64,000 bases of DNA, from the NCBI GenBank assembly GCA_965202585.1, contig OZ241826.1, forward strand, positions 87,606,001 to 87,670,000. Direction: 5' to 3'. The position numbers and the translations under genes are program-made. Shown here piece after piece: positions 50,827-64,000 of this stretch. How positions within the stretch are numbered: position 1 is the stretch's first letter; every line of letters begins with the position of its first letter. Below the pieces are notes generated by a model that was not told where the DNA came from, ran no database searches, and saw nothing but the letters and a program-made list of their open reading frames with translations. This stretch comes from Thalia democratica. Taxonomy: Eukaryota.

Positions 50827-52591
50827 TGATCTTGAATAAGAAATCTTTGTTAAAATAATATTAATAGACGCTTATATACAAAAACTTCTATATTGCTAAA
50901 GTGTTTGTTGTAGCTGAACGTTGTTTTCAATATAGTAAACATTTATTTTTCCTTTAGTTTATACTTTAAATACCTTAAAAACAAATTTAACTTTTAGTTA
51001 AAAATCTCTATTTTAAATTTGTTCTTCTTTTTCGTAATCGTAACGAATGTATAATAATTCTTATTTTATTTTTTATCCAAAGATTTTTAATTTTCTTTAT
51101 TTAAAGGAAAGTTTGTTCTTGGATATATTACAATATTGATTTATTTGAATTGCTTATAGATTAGAGAAATATTTTTATTGTTAAAACTTGTTTTTTATTT
51201 TGATAGTTTTACTTAATTAGCAATTTAAATCTTAGAATTTACTGTTGGAACGTTGAATTATTGTTTAAATAAACCTATTGCAGTTAACTAGAAAAAAAAA
51301 GTATTTAAAATATATAACAAATATATTATATTGGTTTGTCTGAACCTACATAAAGTTAGAAAAAAAGTAAATTAAATTAAAACTTATAAATAAATTCTTA
51401 ACAAAAGTTTGCGTTAGATTTTACTATTTAGATAATTATGGGATAAGAATTGCGTCTTATATCGATTTTAAGAAATCAAAAAACAATATTAATCATAACC
51501 ATACTACTTCTTTTTGAAAAACACTAATTTTATTTTTATGAAATCATTAAATTTTAAGTTTTGTATAGATATTAGTCCTCAGATTTAATAATGATTAGAA
51601 GCGTATAGTATTGTTAATGAAAAAATAAAATAATCTACAAATAGTATTTTAGTACTATTTAATATAAAAATAGTAGTTTTAAAAATATAAAGTATTTTGT
51701 ATCAAGATGAAGTTTGCTTGTAGTTGAAACTTCTCAAAAAACTCTAGCAATCCAGTTCAAGTAATCTATATTATTATTGTTTATTGGATGATAAGAAAGC
51801 GCTACAAATATTTAGTCCGAAGACTTAGTGTACAGAGCAAACTTTCAGTTATCGATTCGTACACCACTTGAACACAGTTTAACGCTATTTTTAACGACAA
51901 TAACTGTCTAAAGGTTACTCAGGTGCATAAACGTTTAAATTTAAACAATTTGAAACAGTAGTAACACAAAAAGCAAAATTTTTATTAATAATCTAGTTGT
52001 TTGATTTTAGTAAAACAACTGAAACATAAATCCAATTTCTTATCTTATTTAATGATACTTATGAAAATATTTTTAAATCATTTTCTTAAAAAAAAAAACC
52101 CTAAAACACAACAAATATTATAATTAAGTGTATCAAAGCTACTGTGTGCATCATTTAGTAGAAAAGGACGACATTTCTACTAAATATAGCATAAATCATA
52201 CAAATACAAATATATAATAATGGGTACTTTAATATAGCCTAAATCAGCAACAGTCACTTAATACAAAAATTTAGCCTTAAAAATCGTCCTTGAGCTTCAA
52301 TTAAAAAATCTTTCAAAAAACAGTCGATCGCGCGAAACTATTTATAGTACTTCTAACGATTAAATTAATATGCCTCCTAAGCAAAGTTTATTAAAGTATG
52401 AACTTCGTTTGACCTTTCATTAGAATTATAATGATAATTTAAAAAATTTTTATGTTTTTAAAACGTATGAATAAAAGTATGAGTAAAAAAGTCAGAGAAA
52501 GATTTTGCAATTAAATACAATTAAGTTTTAACTTAAACTGTCACCAGGGTTGCGAATTTAAAAAGATAAGAATTTTATAAAAATAGAAGTA

Positions 52592-53335
52592 CAGCGCTTA
52601 TTCACTTATCCGGACTTCACTTATCCGGACGCTCACTTATACGGACAGTTTCGGTCAGAAATAAATTCAAAAAGTTTCAATAGTAAACACAAAAATTCTT
52701 ACAAAAAATTTCGCAATTTTTTAAATTCCATAAGTTTTCTGCTTAAAAACGTGGAAAAACTATAAAACAAGCGTATATTATTTCTAATTTTAGTAAAACT
52801 TCCAATTAAAACTAGTTTGTTAGGAGTGATAAGTTTCCGTTAAATTGACTTTAAACTTAGTCAAAGTTTACCGTTTTCCTTCTGTCTTTTTTTTAATCAA
52901 AAAAAAAGTCTTTCATTTAATAGATAGGTTTACATTATTTTTCGTTTTTAAAGATAAATTCTATTAATATTTTCTTTTAGACAAAAATTAATATTTTTTT
53001 CAATTTAATAGGTAGAGCAGGTGGAAATACAAATGACGAATTTTACTTGTTTAACCCATAAAAAATGTATATAGTTGCAGAGGGTTAGTAAGTCTAATGT
53101 TTACTACCATAGAGAAAAAAAATTAATTAACCTTAAGTTTAGCTTTTATTGTTTATCATTTTATTATATATTACTTACAATTACTATGTATTTAATTTTA
53201 CCATAACACTTTTATTATGCATTGCATTATATGCAGCAGTTATGTAAGTATATGAAAAAATTATTTTTTGTAGTTATCTGGACACGTTTCTAGAAAAATC
53301 TTGCCCAACGCTTCCGGATAAGTGAATAAGCACTG
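52592..53335. mobile_element. Tc1/mariner (Tigger/pogo-like) non-autonomous element, 744 bp
   Basis: 23-bp TIRs CAGCGCTTATTCACTTATCCGGA / TCCGGATAAGTGAATAAGCACTG. TA on the left flank; CACTTATCCGGAC is repeated sub-terminally. Confidence 0.85.
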
Positions 53336-56300
53336 TTTATAGAAACACTAAAATACATTTTGTTAAAATTAAAAAAAATTGAAACACTAAAAACATAGAA
53401 ACAATGATAAAGTCTTAAAAAAAAGTTTTTAATGCGTAGACACAATGTAATGAAAAAACAAAATTTCTGCAGTTTAAGAAATAAAGTCAGGCAAAATATA
53501 AAAAAATCAAAAAACATCAAACTAGTTTGAATTTACCTGATACTTTCAAAATACAGATTAAAGGTGAAGAAAAAGTAGATAACTAGTTGTAGTGTTAAGG
53601 TAAAAATCAAAATAGTTAAATTCAAATAAATTAATGAAAAGAGCTGACCTTTTAAACATGCTCTACTATGCCTTCAGGATGACTTCATTAGGTTTTTAAA
53701 TTTGCTATATTATCAAACGTAAGAATCTTTAAGTAAGAAAACTTTAATAGTGTACTGATACTTTATAAATATCAAAATGGCAGAAAAAAAAAATGCAGTA
53801 AGGGCTGTTTTACATTCAATCTTAGAACTATACCAATGGCAAAAAAAAAGAAATAGCTTTATTATTACATCACACCTAAATACCACCATTTGATAAGTTT
53901 CGCACACATTAAAATTTCGATTGTGTTTTAGCAAAAATTTTAAAAGATTTTTTAAATGTTAATATAGTATACAGACTAATTTCTAGAGTTTAAACATGGT
54001 TTAACTCTAACGTTTGTAATATCATTCTGAAAACTTTCGGTCAAAAGTGAAACAGCTTTTTACAAATTACATTTTTAATCTGCTTTAAAAAAATATTGTA
54101 AAAATTAAAATAATGTAAAAAGATATGTTCTCGTAACTATACTATTTTTTGTTTTATTCTAGTCTATCTAATTTAACTCATTTTTCAATGTTTTGAACAT
54201 TAAACTTCTAGAATTCTTTTAAGTCTTATTTACTGTTTTTTGAAATATCACTAAACTGTTATTCTAATCGAAAATGAGACATTTAAATTTAATTTCAAGT
54301 CTAATGGTACATTTGATTTTTAACGAAAGTGTTATTTTTTTTTATTATCAATGATCGTCTTATTTTTGCGTAGAAATTCTATGTTTTTTAGTTGTTATAC
54401 TAAATGTAATACGCTTTAAACTGATCATCAAGACTGGTATTCAAAAATAACTTGTTAAGAAGTTAATTTATAATTATTTTATAGTTATCATGTACAAGCT
54501 TAACGTAAAACTATATTACTATAATTAGTTATTTTTTATAATTATGTGTTCGTATGAGTACAAAGATATACCTCCAGTTTTCGTCCCCGTAAAAGTTTAA
54601 AATTTTAGGTTTAAAGCCAAAATGTTTTAGAATATTACAGTAGTATGTTTAGTTAATTTGAATAATTGCTAGAGGAAGTTATAATTTTTAAATCTTCACA
54701 TGAAGACTATTAAAAAATATATCTAATTAATTAGTAAAAGTCACTTAAATTTACTTAAAATTACTTAGACAATAACTTTACAGGTTACTTATTAAGAAAA
54801 AACAAAATTTAACTAATATGATTGAAGTCACACTGTTTGGTGGATAAAACATAAGTTATCAAAGTTGTGCTTGATTTTTCAATATTTTTTTTAATATTCT
54901 TAATATAATTAATAAAAAATAAGTTAATGTAGATGGTCGTTTTTATTCATTCAGTAAATATTTAGTAGAAGCTAAAAATATTTTAAGGTTAAATTTAAGT
55001 TAAACAGTTTTTTTTTTCAAATTAAAGCTAGTTAAAAATATAATAATTGCTTTAAATGTTTTACTTTAGCCTGTTTTGCACGTATTTAAAGTAAAAATTG
55101 TTATGAATTTATAATTTATAAAACAATGTATATTCTAGTTTATTCTATTTCTATGCTACTTTATGTGAATATTTTATTTTCAACCTCTTAAATAAAGAAA
55201 GTCTTTTTTAGATTTTATTAAGTCTAACCATTATAAAAAGATCTAAAACTATTATTATTTTAAACTTGTCCAGACATAATGATACTAATTTTGTTTATCT
55301 TAAGTTACAAAATATAGAAGAATAACTTTTGAAAACTTAAGTTGTTTATATTGTTTTTGAAAATTTCTGATTTTTTTCTGCTTTAAACCGAAATGAAACT
55401 TCAATTATTAACATCTTTAATTTCTGTGCTTTAATTTCTTCTATTGACAACTTTTCCTACAATTATTGTTTTATTTTATTTTTTTTTCATAATTACTACT
55501 TTACCAAAAATCACTGGAGATTCCATTTTTCAAAAAACAGGGAGTTCTGATACTGATAACTAACTTTAGTCTAGTTTGTTTTAAGTTTAAATGATATTCT
55601 TTATTATTTTAGATAACCACAGCTATTGCAACAATGGCACTTATGACCTTCCGTTCATTATTTTTTACTTGATACCAGTTTTATTTTGAAAATCTTTTGT
55701 AGATTAAATAAATACTTACTTGTACATCTATTATCCTAACTACGACACTAATATTTATAAATATCCTTAAATGTCTTATATTTTGTAAATTTATAAGTAA
55801 TGAATTTTGCATAACATCTTTTAATCTTAACTGTTTGATTATCTGAATAAAATATTGTTGCAGGCTAGTTTTGTTTTGTAATTTAGATTTATATTTGTTG
55901 TAAAGTTGTTATTTAAAATTTACAAAAACTTTTGTATGCTTTACAGTTCAAGTTTTTCTATTTTGATTTATTTAAATATCAGGATTTTTATTTTTAGCTA
56001 AGTTAATTAAAAAAAGAGTTTGGAAATAAAATAAGAAATGTTACAAGTTCTGTTTTTATTTTAACAATGTAGATAAAACCTATCAATTTTGCTGAACTCA
56101 TGCACCAAAATTTTTAATTTTTTTTTTTATTCAACGAGCTGGTTTTATTGTATTTTTTTTATATTTGAGGCTTTAAAAACATGTTGTTCTTAATAGCTAG
56201 ACTAAACTAAGCTCAGTACCGTCTATAATATTACATTAGGAATATGTGAAAAATTTTCTTAACACTAGAGGTCTTGAAAAAATTAGTTTTAGACACAATT

Positions 56301-56814
56301 CTAATATTTATTTTGTTAAAACAAAGGCAACATCGTTTCACCCTAAACTCGGATCTTCAGACCTTTATCAATATTATTGAGTTTCTTTTACTTCTTTTAT
56401 TAATATTGATAAAGTATATTGTCCAATATTATTTTATACAAGACCTTTAGTGTTAAGAAAAATCTTCACATATACCTAATGTTATTTTCTAGATGTTACT
56501 TAGCTCAATTTAGTCTAGCTAGTTATCAAGTACAACATGTTTTTTAAGCCTTAAATATCAAAAAATAAAATACGATAAAAACAGCTCATAATGCTTTTTA
56601 AAATTTAGTCATACAAACTATAAAAAGCAGTTTTTTGTGTTTTAAACCAAAGCAAGTCAGGGTAATTAGATAAAGTTTTAATTAAAACTTCAGATGCTAT
56701 TCAGAACTTAAAAATTAAGGTCAGTTTAAGATTTCGCGAGCTGCGACTTGTAATTTTTTTTGACTAAATCATGTTTTATCTTACGTGGACCTTAGATTTC
56801 AGATGCTTGATCTG

Positions 56815-57190
56815 GGTGGGTGTCACTTTTGCACGAGCGTCACTTTAGCACTAGTAGACACTTTTAAAATGCGTCACTATTGCACACAGGGTTACTTTTG
56901 CACAAAAAAAACCTTAGCACAGGTTGAATAAAGTTTAATTTTTTTTTTTGTTTGATTTTTTTATTTTTAGCTACTAAATTTATTCCTAACCCTTAATATC
57001 AGTCGGTATTTTTTGTTATTGATGATTTATTTTGCATATTATTTTTCTTTGCTATACTTTTTTTTCTTTGCTATACTTTTTTTCTATTAGTTAATTTTTT
57101 TACTTTAAACAGTTACTAATCTGATATTGTTTTGTATTTTTTTGATTTAACTGTCATTGTTACCAATAACCACTACCCTCAGTCGTTGGA
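56815..57190 (+). mobile_element. TTTTGCACGA-family element copy
   Basis: Starts GGGTGGGTGTCACTTTTGCACGAG; internal CCTAACCCT and CTACCCTCAGTC motifs. Confidence 0.65.
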
Positions 57191-57411
57191 CTGCAAAATA
57201 AAAGAATCAAATTAGTATAAAACTAATATTAACTTTTTTTTTGTTTTATTAGGTTAAGTGTTTTTTTTTTCTCCGTTTAGTAAACTTTTTATTCCTTTAA
57301 AGTTAATTAAAGTCTATATTAAAAAAACAAAAGTTTTAAACACTGAATAACTTAGATATATTTAAAAAAAATGGTTACAGTTTTTTAAGAAAATTTTATT
57401 ACGAAAAAAGC

Positions 57412-59239
57412 ATGGGAAAAGCAGATAAGAGAGCGATTTGTAATTTCTTGCACAAACATAAACCCAAAACTTGTAGAGCTGATGCAAATTCAAGTAATTT
57501 TTGTAATACAGTACTAAATGAAAATCTAAATTGTTCATTTCAAGATGATAAAAAAGTTTTACAAGCCTTTGTTAAACATTCAATTAATTTAGTTAGAGAA
57601 GAGAATGAACAAGATTTTTTAGTATTTGAAAAAAACAGTAAGTAAACTGCTGGTATTTCTAAGTATTTTACACAGTACCTTTATTTTAACAATTTGTTAT
57701 ATATTTTTTATAGTTTTATATTTAACTTAAATTTATTTATCTTTCACCCTTTCATGTTACTTAGCATAATTAATTAGTTTATACTTGAGTTTTTATTTAT
57801 ATTTAATTAAAAAGTTTTTTTACTTAGCATTATTTTGTTATTTGCATAATTAAGATATTACTTCTGCTTTTTACCGAAAACTACTACATTACTTAATGCT
57901 GGTTCTTAAATAAGTTAAATCTCATACATTACAATTAAAAACAGAAAAAAAATTGTTGACATGGAGATTATGGTTGAAATTCAACAGATTGTCGAAAACA
58001 CTCAACAGTGAAAAAATTGAAGACGCTTTAGCGACTATTGTAGAAGAAAATATCAACCCCGAAAATGCCTGTTTCTTTTACGAAGTTTTGAAGTGCAACA
58101 ACCTTAGAAGTACTGAAGTTTGCGCGTTTGAGCGGATCGAAAAGTAGTTTTATTTAATATTGAAAAACAAAACATTTATTAATTTGCCCATCAGTAAAGT
58201 ACACCGGATTTGTACGAGCTCCAAACTAAAAATTACTTCAGAAATTGAGGTAGCTAACTTTGTAGAAGCTTGGATAAATGACGACTTCTTGAATAGAATT
58301 AAGTACACAAAAGTACTTATTAAAGCAGTACGCTTGCCTTTATTAAGTTTTGCAGCATTGAAGTATTTAAAAAGTAAAAACTTATTTTGCAACAGCAGTG
58401 AAAGTATTACGCTTATAGATAAAGTGATAAAAGATAAAAGGGACGAAGTATTTTATCCAAAATCTTCATATTATCAAAGCCGTTACTGTGAACATAAAAT
58501 GTTTTATTTGTGCCTTCGAGACCACAAACATAGTGATTATAATAGTTTAGATCGCTATCTGTGTCAAATTAGTGACAGCAATAAAATTGTATCAAATCAA
58601 GTTGTAACATCTGGACATGTTAAAAAAACTCTTTTTAGTAATGGAAGCTTTTTTTTGTTTGACTGTGAATCTTTACATAAATATTCAACCATCACAGGAG
58701 CACACAAAATTTTATGGAATTATTTTGACGAGTACGTGTTCAATTTAGCATGTATTCTTATGGATAGATTATACGTTTTATGTGCTAAAGAAGCGCAATG
58801 TGGTTCAATCGATCACAGAAATGGAAAATTGTATGAAATACGAAGTATGCCTGACAAAGTATCACATGCAGCATGTGCTGTTTTTGAAGGTAGAATTATA
58901 GTCGCTGGTGGTACATATTACACTACAGGCCACTTTCAGTCGAACAAAGTGTTTGCCTATGACCATATTGACAACACCTGGTCTCGCATGCCTGATATGG
59001 TAGAACAAAGATATGGACACGATTCAGTATCGGTAAAAAACAAGCTTTATATGATTTGTGAAACGGAAAGGAGTAGCGAAGTTTATGATAGTTACAGCAA
59101 GACTTTTACTATACTTAAGCAACCCCTACTCAGTTTTTTCGACTTTTATTTGAATACAATAAGATACGCAACCATAGAAGATAAACAGGTTGTTTTTAGA
59201 AAATACGACCTCTATCATCCTCTTATTCTTGATTTGTGA
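57412..59239 (+). pseudogene. BACK-Kelch (KLHL-like) protein, copy 2 (exons 57412-57637, 57945-59239) with nonsense codon
   Basis: INPENAC, LKITSEIEVANFVEAWI...VRLPLLS, IIVAGG, YD....W..MP.M and KLYMI motifs. Same phase-1 intron as copy 1. In-frame TAG at 58145-58147 joins the two ORF-track pieces. The C-terminus is shorter than in copy 1. Confidence 0.85.
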
Positions 59240-61453
59240 ACTTCTTGAGCAATTTTTGAATACATGTTTATTATATAACGGTATAGGCTCAAATTTTTTA
59301 TTTTCTAGTTTTTAGTCCAGTTTCAAAAATGTTAGTTCTACATATGAATAAAAAGTTCTAATGTTTATAATTTTTTTTTAATTTTCTATCAAAAAATGTT
59401 AGTGACTAATGGGCTTCTAATTATTATAACATTATTTAACTCTTTGAAAAATGAGTTTACTTACCAAAATGTTAAAGATATCCGTGTGGTGTACGATTAA
59501 ATAACAAATAGATTTTTTGTGCATCATGTCCAAAGACCAAGCGTTTTTGAAGCTTTTTTTTTTGTCGTTCAATAGACCATAAATCTACTAAAAATATAGT
59601 TTGGTTTATATGAAAGTATTTTAGAAACAAGTTATAACATGAATGAGATACTTTTGTAATCGTGATATATTATTTACTTTTGTATTAAGTAGATAGACTT
59701 TTTGTTAAATTAAGAATATAAGTTATTCGATTTACAATTTGTAGACTTTAAATACGTATCGTTTATTATTTGTATATTAGTTAAAAAATATTAAAATATA
59801 CCATATAAATATTTATGCAATAAGATTAAAAATTATTAGTTATGAATATCAGAATTGTGTAATAGTTAGTCCGTTTATTTGATCAAGTTTTAACATTAGG
59901 GTATATAAAAAATTTTACTAAAACTTACAAAAGTTATCATCGTAAAAAATGGAATACAGGAGAATAAACAGGAGTTTTAAAACTTTGATTTCAATTTAAA
60001 CTAAAATAGCTTGTAGTATATTAAATATAGTTTTCTTTTAAGTAAAGATTTAAAAAAATGTTTTAAGATACTTGAAATATGTTTTTATTTTTTCGTAATA
60101 GTAAAATGTGTAAAGTATAATAACTTATATGGGCAAAGTTCATACAACGAACTATTGTAGTCAGACTAAGTAGATTGACGACTGCAAGTTTTTTGATTGC
60201 AACTGACAAACGTGTTTTAATATGAACAACACCTAGGTATCAGTCTACCGAAAGTTTGTGGACTGATGATAGAAATGATAAGATCGAACTATACTAATTT
60301 ATTTTAAATAAAGCTTAGGAGGATGAAATTTATTTTAAAGCAACAACAGACAAATCATATAAAAAGTTGTTAGTTTTATATACGATGTTTCGACCATTCT
60401 TTGATCTTCATTAACAATTCGAAAAACAATGTGAAAAAAAGTCAAAGCAAGAAAAATTTATAAAATAGTTTTCAATTAAATTATTTTCAAATTAGTTAAA
60501 AATACAAACCTTACTGAAAAATTAAATAAAACAGTATTAGTAAATAATTATTACAAAAAAGAAGTATTCATCTTTAATCAAACAAAATCTCAAGAAAAAA
60601 TACATTCTACTTTCATATACTTATAAATTTACAAATAAGTCTACCATTACAAATTAAATGTGATAACTTACTATTTAATATGATATTGTAGAGTTTAAAA
60701 ATACTTTGATATGTAGTCTTAAATGATTATTTTAGCTAATAATTACAATTTTTTGTTTTTACTTTCACAAAGACACAAGTGTATATCACTTAAAAAAATT
60801 GTAAAATATAAATGCGTCTTTTAAAATTATTCGACTACTCGTAAATTAGTTTAAGAGTATATTAAAATATGTAATCTAGTGTTATAGTTTTCGGTAACTT
60901 ATGCAAAACATTTCAAAGGCATCGAACAAAACATCATTTTGACTACCACTTTTTTTAATAAAATTTTTTTGGTTATAGTCGTTGAGACGGTTTTAATTTA
61001 AATTCAAGTATTTCTACTATAAAATATTTGAAAAAAGTATTAAAAGTCTCTAAACTTATTTCTGAGTAATTTTACAAAAAATTATAAAACTAACTATGAA
61101 GATAAGAAACACACTAAGAATATTTTTTTTCTTAAATAAACAGACAAGTAAAACGGTTATAAAAATTAGAAAAATTATATAGTAAGTGAACAAAATGTAT
61201 TAGAAACTGACAGAATAAAGTTTTTTTATACTTAACTTCACATAAAATTTGCTTAATATATGCTTGTTTAATATTTTAATTTAAACAATTATTTTAAACT
61301 AATTCTTAACTAATTTAAAAGGCAAAAAAAAACAGCATTTAACTTAAATATATAAAATAGCAATATGTCCCAATTTTCAAAAAATGATTATCTGAATCAT
61401 AAAAGATAGATAAAAAAGATAAAGCAGTAAAGTACAATTCTTGTTGTTGTTAT

Positions 61454-61939
61454 TCACATCTTTAAAGCTTCTTTATATGTTGGCAACCTATCATTTGTTA
61501 AATTATCCCCTGTTTCACTTATACTTTCATATTCTGAGTCATAGTTAGGAGGTGGTGCTAGTTCACTTCTGCGAGGATTCTCGTTATCTGGATGTTTTTT
61601 TTTATACTTAGTCAAAAAAAAAAGATTTAATTTTACACCAACAACTATTTTGTAAATTAAATTTATTACCAGTAGCACCAATAACCTATTTTTAATCATA
61701 TTAATATTGAAAAACATTTTTAGACATAAAAACTAATATATTAGCTTATTAAATATTTAGAATATTAGTTGTTGATATAATATGTAAAAAAAATAACAAA
61801 CTTGCGCTGTATGATACTGTTGTGTTCTGTTTATTTGATATGTTCCTACTCTCATTAATACATTTGAACAAATAATATATCAAAAAAATTATTAACATGC
61901 AGAATACAATCAAGGATATTAGAGACAAATCCTTCAAAA
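61454..61939 (-). CDS. Single-pass membrane protein with PY motifs, copy B (3' exons ~61939-61818, 61606-61454)
   Basis: TM LISLIVFCMLIIFLIYYLF, then a tail with PPPNY and LPTYKEALKM*. Acceptor TTTCAG at 61940. Exact splice sites are tentative (AAG acceptor). Confidence 0.65.
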
Positions 61940-62694
61940 CTGAAATATAATATTAATTTGGTTCGATATAACATGAAAACTTATCTATATAAGAATCTAA
62001 AAGTCTATTTTTCAAAATTAGATTTAATTTTAAATTAAATAATTAAATATTAACTCGGTGAAATAAAAGCTGTTTACAAAATTTAAAATTGCAACTAAGT
62101 AGTAATTATAATACTTTAAGTTTTGTACCCACTTTAAGTATTTTGCTAATAAATATTCTAGTTAATTTTAAAAAAAATGCTGACAGTTTTGTTATCAAAA
62201 GCCTTTAAGATACTAGTAACATTTTTTTAAGAACAATGTTTCGAAAACTTCAAGTTTGAGAAGAATTAAAACCTATTGCAAAATTCTATTCAAAACATAT
62301 ATAATTTTTAGTTTTTGAACACAAAAATTTGTTTAAAATTGTAAACCAAAGGTAAACTATAAACATAAATTAAATAAAGAAATGGCTTGTGCAACAAAAA
62401 AAAAGTTATTTTTGTTTTGATTTTTGAGTTAGTAAAAGAAAAAACTATTGTTATCTTTTTAAAAATTTAAATCTCGTTATAATGATTATCTTTCTAATAA
62501 TATTAATATCTAAAACTATAAAATATTTTTTCTTTTTTTATTATCAAACACACCTATATAAATAAATGTAAAAAAAAAATTATATACTGAAGCTATTAGA
62601 TGTTATTCTATAATTAATTATTTAATTCTTTAGTTCATATACACGCATTACTTACTATTGAGAACCAAAGTTAATAAAAAAACATGTTTTTTAC

Positions 62695-62917
62695 AGACTG
62701 ACTAGCAAATCAACATGTATACAAAACAGGAATGGCTGCAAGTCAGAGCAGCGGTGACTATGTCAGTCAAGCCGTATTATGGAAAAGTATGGATCAAAAC
62801 ATACAGGAAACGGTTTTGGTACAACGGTACAGTATGCTAACACAATGTTTCAACATGAAAGTAAATGTAGCATTCCAGCCTTGTAGTTAAAATGTTTTTA
62901 TTCACGAACTTAACAAC
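62695..62917 (-). pseudogene. Possible decayed upstream exon of PY-membrane gene copy B
   Basis: AG/GT-bounded 223-nt segment, less AT-rich than its flanks, whose phase fits the 61939 acceptor. It contains three in-frame stops. Confidence 0.3.
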
Positions 62918-63597
62918 CTGCACCAAAGCAATTTTTGTTTTTCTTTTTATTAGATAACTAAGTAAATGTTACTTTTATCAAGTTTACACAGATAATATTT
63001 TAGAACAACCAACGAGCAGTTTGATTTGGAAGCTTAGATAAAAACTTTACTTCACCTTGTACATCAGCAAACGATGTTCCGTTTAACTCAAATCAGAATC
63101 ATTGTAGTAGTAGTTTTTTAAGTAACTTTAACAAAAGTCAGCATTATTTTTGAGTTTAGTAGAACTTGAAATACAGGACGGGGTGTTTGAGTTTTTAAAT
63201 GCCATTTTATATAGATACGCATTTTAGTTTTATAGTACATACTTTTGACGATGTTTCGATTTTCATCAGTCATTTCAAATAAAAAATTGTGCAAAATATC
63301 TAAAAATACAAATAAAATAATAAGATTTATATATTCAGTAATATATTAAAATTTTAAACTACAGCAAAATTACTTATTTGTTGTTTTATTAATTATTATT
63401 TACTTCTACTTTTGATATAAATACATATTGAAAGAAAGAGAATTTTATAAACTTAATCACTTTCTACAGAGCCCACTTAAAAGAGTTTATTAGAAAAATT
63501 CTATTATAAAATTTCCGAAACATATGTTTCATAAAGACAAACAAAGATTATCTTTAAAATTCAGCTGGTTCAATTAAAATGAAAGGACTTTTGTAAA

Positions 63598-63718
63598 CAG
63601 AGATGCAAAAGTTATACAGAAATATAAAAAATAATATGACGTAAGAATTAAATATTTGTAAATACAATATTTAATTCATACGTCATTTTTTGTTTTTTTT
63701 ACAACTTTTGCACCTCTG
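63598..63718. mobile_element. Short fold-back MITE, same family as 32138-32457
   Basis: CAGAGATGCAAAAGTT...ATGACGTA / TACGTCAT...AACTTTTGCACCTCTG, with TA on the right flank. Confidence 0.7.
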
Positions 63719-64000
63719 TATAACTTTGTGTGTAACTTATCTTTGTGATCCACACACTAAGAATTTTTGACTAGTTATATAGATATATATTTTTAACAAT
63801 GTATTAATGTTTATGTAACCTGTTTTTTTACTGTACTTCAGAATTTTGATATATAACTGATTATATAAATCTTATTATTTAATTTATATTGTATATATAT
63901 ATTTGTTTTAATATTAACTTTTAGTTATTTTGCACAGTATTTTATTTGAAAATTACTGATGAAAAGTCGAAACGTTGTCAAAAGTACGTAATAAACTATA

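Overview
Very AT-rich, intron-containing animal genomic DNA. Composition, transposon style and two-exon BACK-Kelch genes suggest a Hydra-like hydrozoan (inference, not shown directly). In order, the window holds: an intronless GPR89/GPHR-like gene (-); a ~7 kb array of ~1.17 kb tandem units with embedded and nested MITEs; a 2.1 kb hAT-like deletion derivative with long inverted ends and a 7-bp TSD; a 3-exon two-Ig-domain membrane receptor with a repeat-rich tail; a BACK-Kelch gene (+) facing a PY-motif single-pass membrane gene (-); seven tRNA/tRNA-like loci in 8.3 kb, one with a CTA (amber) anticodon; a very divergent 18-exon Groucho/TLE-like gene; and a second Kelch(+)/PY-membrane(-) pair. 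Most of these genes only appear after manual splicing and are missed or fragmented by the ORF track. Nearly every recognisable gene carries nonsense codons, frameshifts or a broken splice site, so the region looks like a decaying block of duplicated genes. Some indels may be assembly errors. No search or computation was run; all family calls come from motifs read by eye.
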